Below are positions 27,102 through 38,984 of a stretch of DNA of 64,000 nucleotides, in pieces. Each line of letters starts with the position of its first letter. The first letter of the stretch is position 1. The translations under genes and the position numbers were made by a program. The DNA comes from Escherichia phage vB_EcoM_FJ1: the sequence record MZ170040.1; one strand, written 5' to 3'. Below the pieces are notes generated by a model that was not told where the DNA came from, searched no databases, and saw only the letters and a list, made by a program, of their open reading frames with translations.

Positions 27102-27630
27102 TATACTTCCAATGAGCGCTGATTTAGGAGAATCCATGGAAGGTTCTTCTATCGACGTCACCTTTACCGCTCAATTAGAAACAGGTGAAACGTTAGTATC
27201 TATAAATATAACTAGTTACGAAGAAACTCCTGGGGTTTTAGTAGAAGAAAATCGCTTATATGGAACATATGAATCTGTATTTGGTTTCGGAAATGACGCG
27301 TTGAAATATCGTTTAGGCGATGAATTTAAAACTGCTGCTTCATGGGAAGAACTTCCTACTGATTCTAATACTCAGTTGTATTTGTGGAAAGCTCCCCAAA
27401 ATCTCCAGAAGACATTCACTTACGAAGTAACATTAATATATGACTACCAAGAACAAAGTGAATCTGGAGGTTCTGGCAGTAATTCTAGGTCATCTTCTGA
27501 TACTACTGAACCGGCAGATCCTCCTGCTCCAGTAAGAAAAACTCTCGTTAAAAATTATACTAAAACTATAGTTGGAAATTGGAGTCGTTGGGCTAATAAA
27601 CTGAGAAGCTATGTGTATGAGAGGCCATAA
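27076..27630 (+). CDS. gp5.1-like hypothetical protein
   Basis: ORF between 5 and 5.4; start uncertain (27076 or 27112), no clear SD. Confidence 0.55.
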
Positions 27631-27924
27631 ATGTCAGGATTAAGTTATGATAAGTGTGTTACTGCTGGCCATGAAGCGTGGCCTCCAACAGTTGTGAATG
27701 CTACACAAAGTAAAGTATTCACTGGAGGAATTGCTGTTCTCGTAGCAGGCGATCCAATTACAGAACACACAGAAATTAAAAAGCCATATGAAACACATGG
27801 CGGAGTGACACAACCCAGAACTTCTAAAGTATATGTCACTGGAAAGAAAGCTGTTCAAATGGCTGATCCAATATCATGCGGTGATACTGTGGCTCAGGCA
27901 TCATCTAAAGTATTCATTAAATAG
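27631..27924 (+). CDS. 5.4: gp5.4 PAAR-repeat tail-spike tip protein
   Basis: 97 aa, same length as T4 gp5.4; Cys/His residues consistent with metal-binding tip. Confidence 0.85.
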
Positions 27925-27932
27925 GATTTAAA

Positions 27933-29915
27933 ATGGCAAATACCCCTGTAAATTATCAATTAACAAGAACAGCAAATGCTATTCCCGAGATATTCGTCGG
28001 GGGTACGTTTGCTGAAATAAAACAAAACCTCATTGAATGGCTTAATGGTCAAAATGAATTTTTGGATTATGATTTTGAAGGCTCAAGATTAAACGTTCTG
28101 TGTGACCTTTTGGCTTATAATACGCTGTACATTCAACAGTTTGGTAATGCTGCTGTGTATGAAAGCTTTATGCGTACTGCTAACTTACGAAGTTCAGTTG
28201 TTCAAGCTGCACAAGATAACGGATATTTACCTACTTCAAAATCCGCTGCGCAGACCGAAATTATGTTAACATGCACAGATGCATTGAATAGAAATTACAT
28301 TACTATTCCTCGCGGTACTCGCTTTTTAGCATATGCAAAGGATACTTCTGTTAATCCTTATAACTTTGTATCTACCGAAGATGTTATTGCTATTCGTGAT
28401 AAAAATAACCAATATTTTCCGCGTTTAAAATTAGCCCAGGGGCGTATAGTAAGAACTGAAATCATTTATGATAAGTTAACACCTATTATCATTTATGATA
28501 AAAATATTGATAGAAACCAGGTTAAATTATATGTTGATGGAGCGGAATGGATTAACTGGACGAGAAAGTCAATGGTTCATGCTGGTTCAACATCAACGAT
28601 TTACTATATGCGTGAAACTATTGATGGAAACACTGAATTCTATTTTGGCGAAGGTGAAATTTCTGTTAATGCTTCTGAAGGAGCTTTGACCGCTAATTAT
28701 ATCGGAGGTCTTAAACCTACCCAGAACTCTACGATTGTTATTGAGTACATCAGTACTAACGGTGCAGATGCGAATGGCGCAGTCGGATTTTCATATGCAG
28801 ATACATTAACAAATATAACTGTCATCAATATTAATGAAAATCCAAACGACGACCCAGATTTTGTCGGAGCAGATGGCGGCGGTGATCCAGAAGATATTGA
28901 GCGTATTCGCGAATTGGGTACTATTAAACGCGAAACTCAGCAACGATGCGTAACTGCGACTGACTACGATACATTCGTTTCAGAGAGATTTGGTTCTATT
29001 ATTCAAGCTGTTCAAACTTTCACTGATTCTACTAAACCTGGGTATGCATTTATTGCTGCTAAACCTAAATCAGGACTGTATTTAACTACTGTACAACGTG
29101 AAGATATTAAAAATTATCTCAAAGACTATAATTTAGCTCCTATTACACCATCAATTATTTCTCCTAATTATCTTTTTATTAAGACTAATTTAAAAGTCAC
29201 ATATGCTTTAAATAAGCTGCAAGAATCCGAACAGTGGCTCGAAGGTCAAATAATTGATAAAATTGATCGTTATTATACCGAAGATGTAGAAATTTTTAAC
29301 TCGTCTTTCGCTAAATCTAAGATGTTGACATATGTAGATGATGCAGATCATTCTGTCATTGGTTCATCAGCGACTATTCAAATGGTTCGTGAAGTACAAA
29401 ACTTCTATAAAACGCCTGAAGCGGGTATTAAATACAATAATCAAATAAAAGATCGTTCTATGGAATCTAATACGTTTTCATTTAATTCTGGACGAAAGGT
29501 TGTAAATCCTGATACTGGTTTAGAAGAAGATGTATTATATGACGTTCGTATAGTATCAACAGACCGAGATTCTAAAGGAATTGGTAAAGTTATTATTGGT
29601 CCATTTGCTTCTGGCGATGTTACAGAAAATGAAAACATTCAGCCGTATACAGGCAATGATTTTAATAAATTAGCAAATTCTGATGGACGTGACAAATATT
29701 ATGTTATCGGTGAAATAAATTATCCGGCTGACATGATTTATTGGAATATCGCTAAAATTAATTTAACATCTGAAAAATTTGAAGTTCAGACCATTGAATT
29801 ATATTCTGACCCAACCGATGATGTTATCTTTACTCGCGATGGTTCACTGATTGTATTTGAAAATGACTTACGTCCACAATACTTAACTATCGATTTGGAG
29901 CCTATATCACAATGA
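27933..29915 (+). CDS. 6: gp6 baseplate wedge protein
   Basis: 660 aa (same as T4). Confidence 0.93.
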   Translation: MANTPVNYQLTRTANAIPEIFVGGTFAEIKQNLIEWLNGQNEFLDYDFEGSRLNVLCDLLAYNTLYIQQFGNAAVYESFMRTANLRSSVVQAAQDNGYLPTSKSAAQTEIMLTCTDALNRNYITIPRGTRFLAYAKDTSVNPYNFVSTEDVIAIRDKNNQYFPRLKLAQGRIVRTEIIYDKLTPIIIYDKNIDRNQVKLYVDGAEWINWTRKSMVHAGSTSTIYYMRETIDGNTEFYFGEGEISVNASEGALTANYIGGLKPTQNSTIVIEYISTNGADANGAVGFSYADTLTNITVININENPNDDPDFVGADGGGDPEDIERIRELGTIKRETQQRCVTATDYDTFVSERFGSIIQAVQTFTDSTKPGYAFIAAKPKSGLYLTTVQREDIKNYLKDYNLAPITPSIISPNYLFIKTNLKVTYALNKLQESEQWLEGQIIDKIDRYYTEDVEIFNSSFAKSKMLTYVDDADHSVIGSSATIQMVREVQNFYKTPEAGIKYNNQIKDRSMESNTFSFNSGRKVVNPDTGLEEDVLYDVRIVSTDRDSKGIGKVIIGPFASGDVTENENIQPYTGNDFNKLANSDGRDKYYVIGEINYPADMIYWNIAKINLTSEKFEVQTIELYSDPTDDVIFTRDGSLIVFENDLRPQYLTIDLEPISQ

Positions 29916-32900
29916 CAGTAAAAGCACCTTCAGTCACTAGTCTCAGAATTTCCAAGTTATCCGCAAATCAGGTGCAAGTACGCTGGGATGACGTTGGTGC
30001 TAATTTCTACTATTTTGTAGAAATCGCTGAGACAAAAACAAACTCGGGGGAAAATCTCCCGAGTAATCAATACAGATGGATTAACTTAGGATATACTGCA
30101 AATAACAGCTTCTTTTTTGATGATGCTGATCCATTAACAACATACATTATTAGAGTAGCTACGGCGGCGCAAGATTTTGAGCAGTCTGATTGGATTTATA
30201 CCGAAGAGTTTGAAACTTTTGCTACAAATGCTTATACATTTCAAAACATGATTGAAATGCAATTAGCCAATAAATTCATTCAGGAAAAATTTACTCTTAA
30301 TAATTCTGATTATGTTAATTTTAATAATGATACTATAATGGCTGCATTGATGAATGAATCATTTCAATTCAGCCCATCATATGTTGATGTTTCATCAATA
30401 AGTAATTTTATTATTGGTGAAAATGAATATCATGAAATACAAGGTTCTATTCAACAAGTATGTAAGGATATTAACCGTGTTTATTTGATGGAATCAGAAG
30501 GGATTCTATATCTTTTTGAGCGCTATCAACCCGTAGTTAAAGTATCCAATGATAAAGGACAAACCTGGAAAGCTGTAAAGCTCTTCAATGACCGTGTAGG
30601 ATATCCTTTATCTAAGACAGTATATTACCAATCTGCGAACACAACATACGTTCTAGGATACGACAAGATTTTCTATGGCCGCAAATCTACTGATGTTAGA
30701 TGGTCAGCTGATGATGTCAGATTTAGTTCACAGGATATAACATTTGCTAAACTTGGCGACCAATTACATCTAGGATTTGATGTAGAAATTTTTGCCACTT
30801 ACGCGACTTTGCCAGCGAATGTATACCGCATTGCAGAAGCTATTACTTGCACCGATGATTACATTTACGTTGTCGCCAGAGACAAAGTTAGATACATAAA
30901 AACGAGTAATGCACCTATAGATTCTGATCCATTATCTCCAACATATTCGGAAAGACTTTTTGAACCTGATACAATGACTATAACTGGAAATCCTAAAGCA
31001 GTATGCTATAAAATGGATTCTATCGGTGATAAAGTTTTTGCTCTTATTATTGGTGAAGTTGAAACATTAAATGCCAATCCGAGAACATCAAAAATAATTG
31101 ATTCTGCTGATAAAGGAATATATGTTTTAAATCATGATGAAAAAACATGGAAAAGAGTTTTCGGTAATACCGAAGAAGAAAGAAGACGTATTCAACCCGG
31201 ATATGCGAATATGTCAACTGACGGTAAATTAGTTTCTCTGTCTTCGAGTAATTTTAAATTTTTAAGTGATAACGTTGTTAATGACCCTGAAACTGCTGTA
31301 AAATACCAGTTAATCGGTGCTGTTAAATATGAATTTCCTCGCGAATGGTTAGCTGATAAACATTATCATATGATGGCGTTTATAGCGGATGAAAAATCTG
31401 ATTGGGAGACTTTTACTCCTCAACCGATGAAATACTACGCAGAACCGTTCTTTAACTGGTCTAAAAAATCTAACACTCGTTGTTGGATAAACAACTCTGA
31501 TAGAGCTGTAGTAGTTTATGCGGATTTAAAATACACCAAAGTTATAGAAAATATTCCGGAAACATCACCAGATAGATTAGTTCATGAATACTGGGATGAT
31601 GGTGATTGCACTATAGTAATGCCAAATGTTAAATTTACTGGATTTAAAAAATATGCATCTGGGATGCTTTTCTATAAAGCCTCTGGTGAAATAATTTCTT
31701 ACTATGATTTTAACTATCGCGTGAGAGATACAGTAGAAATTATTTGGAAGCCAACTGAAGTATTTTTAAAAGCATTTTTACAAAACCAAGAGCATGAAAC
31801 TCCTTGGTCGCCTGAAGAAGAGCGTGGATTGGCTGACCCTGATTTAAGACCATTGATTGGCACAATGATGCCTGATTCTTATTTGTTACAGGATTCGAAT
31901 TTTGAGGCATTTTGCGAAGCATATATTCAGTATCTTTCTGATGGATATGGAACTCAGTATAACAATTTACGAAATTTAATTCGTAACAAATATCCACGAG
32001 AAGAGCATGCATGGGAATATTTGTGGTCAGAGATATATAAAAGAAACATCTATTTAAATGCTGACAAACGTGATGCTGTTGCAAGATTTTTCGAATCACG
32101 TAGCTATGATTTTTATTCTACTAAAGGAATTGAAGCATCATACAAATTTCTTTTTAAAGTTCTTTATAATGAAGAAGTTGAAATTGAAATTGAATCTGGG
32201 GCTGGTACTGAATATGATATAATCGTTCAATCTGATTCTTTGACTGAAGACTTAGTAGGACAAACGATTTATACGGCAACAGGAAGATGTAATGTTACTT
32301 ATATAGAAAGAAGCTATTCTAATGGTAAATTGCAATGGACCGTAACTATTCATAATCTTTTAGGACGATTAATTGCTGGTCAAGAAGTTAAAGCAGAAAG
32401 ACTCCCTAGTTTTGAAGGCGAAATTATTCGTGGGGTTAAAGGAAAGGATTTGCTTCAAAATAATATAGACTATATTAATAGAAGTAGATCATACTATGTA
32501 ATGAAAATTAAATCCAATTTACCTTCTTCCCGCTGGAAATCTGACGTTATTCGTTTTGTTCATCCAGTAGGATTTGGATTTATAGCAATTACCCTTTTAA
32601 CGATGTTTATTAATGTTGGTTTAACTCTTAAACACACAGAGACTATAATTAATAAATACAAAAACTATAAATGGGATTCTGGATTGCCTACTGAATATGC
32701 TGATAGAGTAGCTAAATTGACTCCAACTGGTGAAATTGAGCATGATTCGGTAACAGGCGAAGCAATTTATGAGCCTGGCCCAATGGCTGGTGTAGAATAT
32801 CCTCTTCCTGATGACTATAATGCTGAAAATAACAATTCAATATTTCAAGGTCAATTGCCGTCTGAACGACGTAAATTAATGAGTCCTTTATTTGATGCAT

Positions 32901-33010
32901 CTGGAACAACATTTGCGCAATTTAGAGATTTAGTTAATAAACGTCTAAAAGATAATATAGGAAATCCAAGAGACCCTGAAAATCCAACACAGGTTAAAAT
33001 AGATGAATGA
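29912..33010 (+). CDS. 7: gp7 baseplate wedge initiator
   Basis: 1032 aa (same as T4); ATGA overlap with gene 6. Confidence 0.93.
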   Translation: MTVKAPSVTSLRISKLSANQVQVRWDDVGANFYYFVEIAETKTNSGENLPSNQYRWINLGYTANNSFFFDDADPLTTYIIRVATAAQDFEQSDWIYTEEFETFATNAYTFQNMIEMQLANKFIQEKFTLNNSDYVNFNNDTIMAALMNESFQFSPSYVDVSSISNFIIGENEYHEIQGSIQQVCKDINRVYLMESEGILYLFERYQPVVKVSNDKGQTWKAVKLFNDRVGYPLSKTVYYQSANTTYVLGYDKIFYGRKSTDVRWSADDVRFSSQDITFAKLGDQLHLGFDVEIFATYATLPANVYRIAEAITCTDDYIYVVARDKVRYIKTSNAPIDSDPLSPTYSERLFEPDTMTITGNPKAVCYKMDSIGDKVFALIIGEVETLNANPRTSKIIDSADKGIYVLNHDEKTWKRVFGNTEEERRRIQPGYANMSTDGKLVSLSSSNFKFLSDNVVNDPETAVKYQLIGAVKYEFPREWLADKHYHMMAFIADEKSDWETFTPQPMKYYAEPFFNWSKKSNTRCWINNSDRAVVVYADLKYTKVIENIPETSPDRLVHEYWDDGDCTIVMPNVKFTGFKKYASGMLFYKASGEIISYYDFNYRVRDTVEIIWKPTEVFLKAFLQNQEHETPWSPEEERGLADPDLRPLIGTMMPDSYLLQDSNFEAFCEAYIQYLSDGYGTQYNNLRNLIRNKYPREEHAWEYLWSEIYKRNIYLNADKRDAVARFFESRSYDFYSTKGIEASYKFLFKVLYNEEVEIEIESGAGTEYDIIVQSDSLTEDLVGQTIYTATGRCNVTYIERSYSNGKLQWTVTIHNLLGRLIAGQEVKAERLPSFEGEIIRGVKGKDLLQNNIDYINRSRSYYVMKIKSNLPSSRWKSDVIRFVHPVGFGFIAITLLTMFINVGLTLKHTETIINKYKNYKWDSGLPTEYADRVAKLTPTGEIEHDSVTGEAIYEPGPMAGVEYPLPDDYNAENNNSIFQGQLPSERRKLMSPLFDASGTTFAQFRDLVNKRLKDNIGNPRDPENPTQVKIDE

Positions 33011-34007
33011 TTCAAGTGTTATCTATCGTGCGATAGTTACTTCAAAATTTAGAACAGAAAAAATGTTGAATTTTTATAATTCAATTGGAAGTGGTCCGGA
33101 TAAAAACACTATCTTTATCACATTTGGAAGATCAGAACCATGGTCATCAAATGAAAATGAGGTGGGCTTTGCCCCACCTTATCCTACCGATTCTGTATTA
33201 GGCGTAACTGACATGTGGACTCATATGATGGGAACAGTAAAAGTTCTTCCATCAATGCTTGATGCTGTTATTCCTCGCAGAGATTGGGGAGATACTAGAT
33301 ATCCGGATCCATACACATTTAGAATTAACGATATTGTAGTGTGTAACTCAGCTCCTTACAATGCTACTGAATCAGGCGCAGGCTGGTTAGTATATCGTTG
33401 TTTAGATGTTCCTGACACAGGAATGTGTTCAATCGCATCTTTAACTGATAAGGATGAATGCCTTAAGTTAGGTGGAAAATGGACTCCTTCTGCTAGGTCA
33501 ATGACTCCTCCTGAAGGTCGAGGAGATGCTGAAGGAACAATTGAACCTGGAGACGGGTATGTGTGGGAATATCTATTTGAGATTCCGCCTGATGTATCTA
33601 TAAATAGATGCACGAATGAATATATCGTGGTTCCTTGGCCTGAGGAATTAAAAGAAGACCCGACTAGATGGGGATATGAAGATAATCTCACTTGGCAACA
33701 AGATGATTTTGGATTAATTTACCGTGTTAAGGCAAATACTATCCGTTTTAAAGCATATTTAGATTCAGTTTATTTTCCTGAAGCTGCATTGCCAGGAAAT
33801 AAAGGATTTAGACAAATATCAATAATCACGAATCCTCTTGAAGCTAAAGCTCATCCAAATGACCCAAACGTTAAAGCTGAAAAGGATTATTATGATCCGG
33901 AAGATTTAATGAGGCATTCGGGCGAAATGATTTATATGGAAAATAGGCCACCTATTATTATGGCAATGGATCAGACAGAAGAAATCAATATTCTGTTTAC
34001 ATTTTAA
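33003..34007 (+). CDS. 8: gp8 baseplate wedge protein
   Basis: 334 aa (same as T4); terminator hairpin after stop. Confidence 0.93.
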   Translation: MNDSSVIYRAIVTSKFRTEKMLNFYNSIGSGPDKNTIFITFGRSEPWSSNENEVGFAPPYPTDSVLGVTDMWTHMMGTVKVLPSMLDAVIPRRDWGDTRYPDPYTFRINDIVVCNSAPYNATESGAGWLVYRCLDVPDTGMCSIASLTDKDECLKLGGKWTPSARSMTPPEGRGDAEGTIEPGDGYVWEYLFEIPPDVSINRCTNEYIVVPWPEELKEDPTRWGYEDNLTWQQDDFGLIYRVKANTIRFKAYLDSVYFPEAALPGNKGFRQISIITNPLEAKAHPNDPNVKAEKDYYDPEDLMRHSGEMIYMENRPPIIMAMDQTEEINILFTF

Positions 34008-34011
34008 CTTA

Positions 34012-34036
34012 AGGGAGCCCATGGGCTCCCTTTTTC
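34012..34036 (+). terminator. rho-independent terminator after gene 8
   Basis: Palindrome GGGAGCCCATGGGCTCCC followed by TTTTT. Confidence 0.7.
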
Positions 34037-34038
34037 TT

Positions 34039-34046
34039 TATAAATA
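34039..34046 (+). promoter_or_regulatory. T4 late promoter box for gene 9
   Basis: TATAAATA ~24 nt upstream of ATG, just after the gene 8 terminator. Confidence 0.65.
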
Positions 34047-34070
34047 CTATAAACTCATAAGGAAACCGCT

Positions 34071-34937
34071 ATGTTCATTCAAGAACCAAAGAAATTGATT
34101 GATACCGGCGAAATTGGTAACGCTTCTACTGGTGATATCTTATTCGACGGTGGTAATAAAATTAATAGTGATTTTAACGCAATTTATAATGCGTTTGGCG
34201 ATCAACGTAAAATGGCAGTAGCAAATGGAACTGGAGCAGATGGCCAAATTATCCATGCTACTGGATATTATCAAAAACACTCTATTGCAGAGTACGCAAC
34301 TCCAGTAAAAGTTGGCACTAGGCATGATATTGATACCTCTACTGTAGGTGTTAAAGTTATCATTGAAAGAGGCGAACTTGGCGACTGCGTTGAATTTATT
34401 AACTCAAATGGATCTATATCAGTTACTAATCCTTTAACGATTCAAGCGATTGATTCAATTAAAGGTGTTTCTGGTAATTTAGTAGTGACTAGCCCATACA
34501 GTAAAGTTACTTTACGCTGTATTTCATCTGATAATTCTACGTCGGTTTGGAATTATTCTATTGAAAGTATGTTTGGACAAAAGGAATCACCAGCTGAAGG
34601 TACATGGAATATTTCTACATCTGGATCAGTTGATATTCCACTATTTCATCGCACTGAATACAATATGGCTAAATTACTAGTTACATGCCAATCGGTAGAT
34701 GGAAGAAAAATTAAAACAGCAGAAATAAATATTCTTGTGGATACTGTTAATTCAGTGGTCATTTCTTCTGAATATGCTGTCATGCGAGTTGGGAATGAAA
34801 CCGAAGAAGACGAAATCGCTAATATTGCATTTAGTATTAAAGAAAATTACGTAACGGCGACTATAAGTTCTTCAACTGTCGGTATGAGAGCAGCAGTTAA
34901 AGTTATCGCTACGCAGAAAATCGGGGTGGCTCAATAA
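34071..34937 (+). CDS. 9: gp9 baseplate wedge / long tail fiber socket
   Basis: 288 aa (same as T4); late promoter upstream. Confidence 0.93.
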   Translation: MFIQEPKKLIDTGEIGNASTGDILFDGGNKINSDFNAIYNAFGDQRKMAVANGTGADGQIIHATGYYQKHSIAEYATPVKVGTRHDIDTSTVGVKVIIERGELGDCVEFINSNGSISVTNPLTIQAIDSIKGVSGNLVVTSPYSKVTLRCISSDNSTSVWNYSIESMFGQKESPAEGTWNISTSGSVDIPLFHRTEYNMAKLLVTCQSVDGRKIKTAEINILVDTVNSVVISSEYAVMRVGNETEEDEIANIAFSIKENYVTATISSSTVGMRAAVKVIATQKIGVAQ

Positions 34938-36745
34938 TGAAACAAAATATTAATATCGGTAATGTTGTAGATGATGGTACCGGTGACTACCTGCGTAAAG
35001 GTGGTATAAAAATAAATGAAAACTTTGATGAGCTTTATTATGAACTCGGTGATGGTGATGTTCCATATTCAGCTGGTGCCTGGAAAACTTATAATGCTTC
35101 ATCAGGACAAACATTAACAGCAGAATGGGGAAAATCATACGCTATTAATACATCTTCTGGAAGAGTGACTATAAATCTTCCAAAGGGTACAGTTAATGAT
35201 TACAACAAGGTAATTAGAGCCAGAGACGTATTTGCTACATGGAACGTCAACCCAGTTACACTAGTAGCTGCTTCCGGTGATACGATTAAAGGGTCTGCAG
35301 TACCAGTTGAAATTAATGTTCAATTCAGCGATTTAGAACTAGTGTATTGTGCCCCAGGACGTTGGGAATATGTCAAAAATAAACAAATTGACAAAATTAC
35401 CAGTTCAGACATTAGTAATGTAGCTCGTAAAGAATTTTTAGTCGAAGTCCAAGGACAAACAGACTTTTTAGATGTTTTCCGTGGAACCAGTTATAATGTA
35501 AATAACATCAGAGTAAAACATCGTGGTAACGAATTGTATTACGGCGATGTGTTTAGCGAAAACAGTGATTTTGGCTCTCCGGGCGAAAATGAAGGAGAAC
35601 TAGTTCCTCTTGATGGATTTAATATTCGATTAAGACAGCCTTGTAATATTGGTGACACTGTTCAAATTGAAACATTTATGGATGGTGTATCGCAGTGGAG
35701 AAGTTCATATACAAGACGTCAAATTAGATTGTTAGATTCAAAATTAACGTCAAAAACTTCTTTAGAAGGAAGCATTTACGTTACTGATTTATCAACAATG
35801 AAATCAATTCCATTTTCTGCTTTTGGATTAATTCCAGGAGAACCTATTAATCCTAACTCTCTTGAGGTTCGTTTTAATGGAATTTTGCAGGAATTAGCTG
35901 GCACAGTTGGAATGCCATTATTTCATTGTGTTGGTGCCGATTCAGACGATGAAGTAGAATGCTCTGTTTTAGGTGGAACTTGGGAACAATCTCATACCGA
36001 TTATTCAGTTGAAACTGATGAAAATGGCATACCTGAAATTTTACATTTCGATAGAGTATTTGAGCATGGTGACATTATCAATATCACCTGGTTTAATAAT
36101 GATTTGGGTACATTATTAACAAAAGACGAGATTATTGATGAAACTGATAATCTTTATGTATCGCAAGGACCAGGGGTAGATATTTCCGGTGATGTAAATT
36201 TAACAGACTTCGATAAAATTGGTTGGCCAAATGTAGAAGCGGTTCAATCTTATCAACGCGAATTTAATGCTGTTTCAAATATCTTTGATACGATTTATCC
36301 TATTGGAACTATATATGAAAACGCTGTTAATCCAAATAACCCTGTTACATATATGGGATTCGGCTCATGGAAATTATTTGGGCAAGGAAAAGTTTTAGTT
36401 GGATGGAATGAAGATATTTCGGACCCTAACTTTGCTCTAAATAACAACGATTTAGATTCAGGTGGAAATCCTTCGCATACGGCAGGTGGAACAGGTGGTT
36501 CTACTTCTGTTACATTGGAAAATGCTAATCTTCCTGCAACTGAAACAGATGAAGAAGTTCTAATAGTTGATGAAAATGGATCAGTCATTGTTGGTGGGTG
36601 TCAATACGATCCAGATGAATCCGGTCCAATTTACACTAAATACCGTGAAGCTAAAGCATCTACTAACTCTACTCACACTCCGCCAACATCAATAACTAAC
36701 ATTCAACCATATATTACAGTTTATCGTTGGATAAGGATTGCATAA
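34937..36745 (+). CDS. 10: gp10 baseplate wedge / short tail fiber attachment
   Basis: 602 aa (same as T4). Confidence 0.93.
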   Translation: MKQNINIGNVVDDGTGDYLRKGGIKINENFDELYYELGDGDVPYSAGAWKTYNASSGQTLTAEWGKSYAINTSSGRVTINLPKGTVNDYNKVIRARDVFATWNVNPVTLVAASGDTIKGSAVPVEINVQFSDLELVYCAPGRWEYVKNKQIDKITSSDISNVARKEFLVEVQGQTDFLDVFRGTSYNVNNIRVKHRGNELYYGDVFSENSDFGSPGENEGELVPLDGFNIRLRQPCNIGDTVQIETFMDGVSQWRSSYTRRQIRLLDSKLTSKTSLEGSIYVTDLSTMKSIPFSAFGLIPGEPINPNSLEVRFNGILQELAGTVGMPLFHCVGADSDDEVECSVLGGTWEQSHTDYSVETDENGIPEILHFDRVFEHGDIINITWFNNDLGTLLTKDEIIDETDNLYVSQGPGVDISGDVNLTDFDKIGWPNVEAVQSYQREFNAVSNIFDTIYPIGTIYENAVNPNNPVTYMGFGSWKLFGQGKVLVGWNEDISDPNFALNNNDLDSGGNPSHTAGGTGGSTSVTLENANLPATETDEEVLIVDENGSVIVGGCQYDPDESGPIYTKYREAKASTNSTHTPPTSITNIQPYITVYRWIRIA

Positions 36746-37404
36746 TGAGTTTACTTAATAATAAAGCGGGAGTTATTTCCCGCTTAGCCGATTTTCTTGG
36801 TTTTAGACCTAAAGCTGGTAATATAGATGTAATGAATCGTCAATCAGTTGGGTCAGTGACAATTTCTCAATTAGCGAAAGGTTTTTATGAACCAAACGTA
36901 GAATCAGCTATTAATGATGTTCATAATTTTTCTATAAAAGACATTGGTACAATTATTACTAATAAAACTGGTGTTTCTCCTGAGGGTGTTTCTCAAACTG
37001 ATTATTGGGCATTTTCTGGAACTGTAACAGACGATTCTCTTCCTCCGGGTTCTCCTGTTACAGTATTAGTATTTGGTCTTCCAGTTTCAGCAACAACTGG
37101 AATGACGGCAATTGAGTTTGTTGCAAAAGTTCGTGTTGCCCTTCAAGAAGCTATTGCGTCATTTACTGCTATCAACTCATATAAAGACCATCCAACAGAT
37201 GGTAGTAAATTAGAAGTTACTTATTTAGATAATCAAAAACATGTATTAAGCACATATTCTACATATGGAATAACTATTTCACAGGAAATTATTTCTGAGT
37301 CTAAACCTGGCTACGGTACATGGAATTTATTAGGCGCACAAACTGTAACTTTAGATAATCAGCAGACTCCTACAGTACTTTATCATTTTGAGAGAACAGC
37401 ATGA
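36745..37404 (+). CDS. 11: gp11 baseplate wedge / short tail fiber connector
   Basis: 219 aa from ATG (MSLLNNKAG...), TAATG overlap with gene 10; track start is an upstream TTG. Confidence 0.9.
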   Translation: MSLLNNKAGVISRLADFLGFRPKAGNIDVMNRQSVGSVTISQLAKGFYEPNVESAINDVHNFSIKDIGTIITNKTGVSPEGVSQTDYWAFSGTVTDDSLPPGSPVTVLVFGLPVSATTGMTAIEFVAKVRVALQEAIASFTAINSYKDHPTDGSKLEVTYLDNQKHVLSTYSTYGITISQEIISESKPGYGTWNLLGAQTVTLDNQQTPTVLYHFERTA

Positions 37405-38984
37405 GTAATAATACATATCAACACGTTTCTAATGAATCTCGTTATGTAAAATTTGATCCAACTGGTACAAATTTTCCGGAAGAGATTACTGATGTTCAGG
37501 CTGCTATAGCAGCCATTTCTCCTGCTGGCGTAAATGGAGTTCCTGATGCATCGTCAACAACAAAGGGAATTTTATTTCTTGCCACTGAACAGGAAGTTAT
37601 AGATGGAACTAATAATACCAAAGCAGTTACACCGGCAACGTTGGCAACAAGATTATCATATCCAAATGCTACCGAAGAAGTTTATGGACTTACACGTTAT
37701 TCAACAGACGATGAAGCTGTAGCTGGTGTTAATAATGAATCATCTATAACTCCGGCTAAATTTACTACAGCAATTAATCACATTTTTGATACACGAATTT
37801 CTTCTGAAAGTTCACTTGGTGTTATTAAGTTATCATCTCTACCGCAAGCATTAGCTGGTGCAGATGATACTACTGCAATGACTCCATTAAAAACACAGCA
37901 GTTAGCTATTAAATTAATTGCGCAAATTGCTCCTTCTGAAACTGCAGCTACCGAATCGGCCCAAGGCGTTGTTCAATTAGCAACAGTAGCGCAAGTTCGT
38001 CAAGGAACTTTAAGAGAAGGCTATGCAATTTCTCCTTATACGTTTATGAATTCATCCGCTACTGAAGAATATAAAGGCGTAATTAAATTAGGAACACAAT
38101 CAGAAGTTAACTCGAATAATGCTTCTGTTGCGGTTACTGGCGCAACTCTTAATGGTCGTGGTTCTACAACGTCAATGAGAGGAGTTGTTAGATTAACAAC
38201 AACGGCCGGTTCACAAAGCGGAGGCGATGCTTCATCAGCACTAGCTTGGAATGCTGACGTTATCCACCAAAGAGGCGGTCAAACTATCAATGGAACACTT
38301 CGCATTAATAACACGCTCACGATAGCTTCAGGCGGAGCAAATATTACCGGTACAGTTAACATGACCGGTGGTTATATTCAAGGTAAGCGTGTCGTAACAC
38401 AAAATGAAATTGATAGAACTATTCCTGTCGGAGCTATTATGATGTGGGCTGCTGATAGTCTTCCTAGTGATGCTTGGCGTTTTTGCCACGGTGGAACTGT
38501 TTCAGCGTCAGATTGTCCATTATATGCTTCTAGAATTGGAACAAGATACGGTGGAAGCTCATCAAATCCTGGATTGCCTGACATGCGTGGTCTTTTTGTT
38601 CGTGGCTCTGGTCGTGGCTCTCACTTAACGAATCCAAATGTTAATGGTAATGACCAATTTGGTAAGCCTAGATTAGGTGTAGGTTGTACCGGTGGATATG
38701 TCGGTGAAGTACAAAAACAGCAGATGTCTTATCATAAACATGCTGGCGGATTTGGTGAATGGGATGATTCTGGGGCATTCGGTAATACCCGTAGATCAAA
38801 TTTTGTTGGTACACGTAAAGGACTTGACTGGGATAACCGTTCATACTTCACCAATGATGGATATGAAATTGACCCAGCATCACAACGAAATTCCAGATAT
38901 ACATTAAATCGTCCTGAATTAATTGGAAATGAAACACGTCCATGGAACATTTCTTTAAACTACATAATTAAGGTAAAAGAATGA
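37401..38984 (+). CDS. 12: gp12 short tail fiber
   Basis: 527 aa (same as T4). Confidence 0.93.
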   Translation: MSNNTYQHVSNESRYVKFDPTGTNFPEEITDVQAAIAAISPAGVNGVPDASSTTKGILFLATEQEVIDGTNNTKAVTPATLATRLSYPNATEEVYGLTRYSTDDEAVAGVNNESSITPAKFTTAINHIFDTRISSESSLGVIKLSSLPQALAGADDTTAMTPLKTQQLAIKLIAQIAPSETAATESAQGVVQLATVAQVRQGTLREGYAISPYTFMNSSATEEYKGVIKLGTQSEVNSNNASVAVTGATLNGRGSTTSMRGVVRLTTTAGSQSGGDASSALAWNADVIHQRGGQTINGTLRINNTLTIASGGANITGTVNMTGGYIQGKRVVTQNEIDRTIPVGAIMMWAADSLPSDAWRFCHGGTVSASDCPLYASRIGTRYGGSSSNPGLPDMRGLFVRGSGRGSHLTNPNVNGNDQFGKPRLGVGCTGGYVGEVQKQQMSYHKHAGGFGEWDDSGAFGNTRRSNFVGTRKGLDWDNRSYFTNDGYEIDPASQRNSRYTLNRPELIGNETRPWNISLNYIIKVKE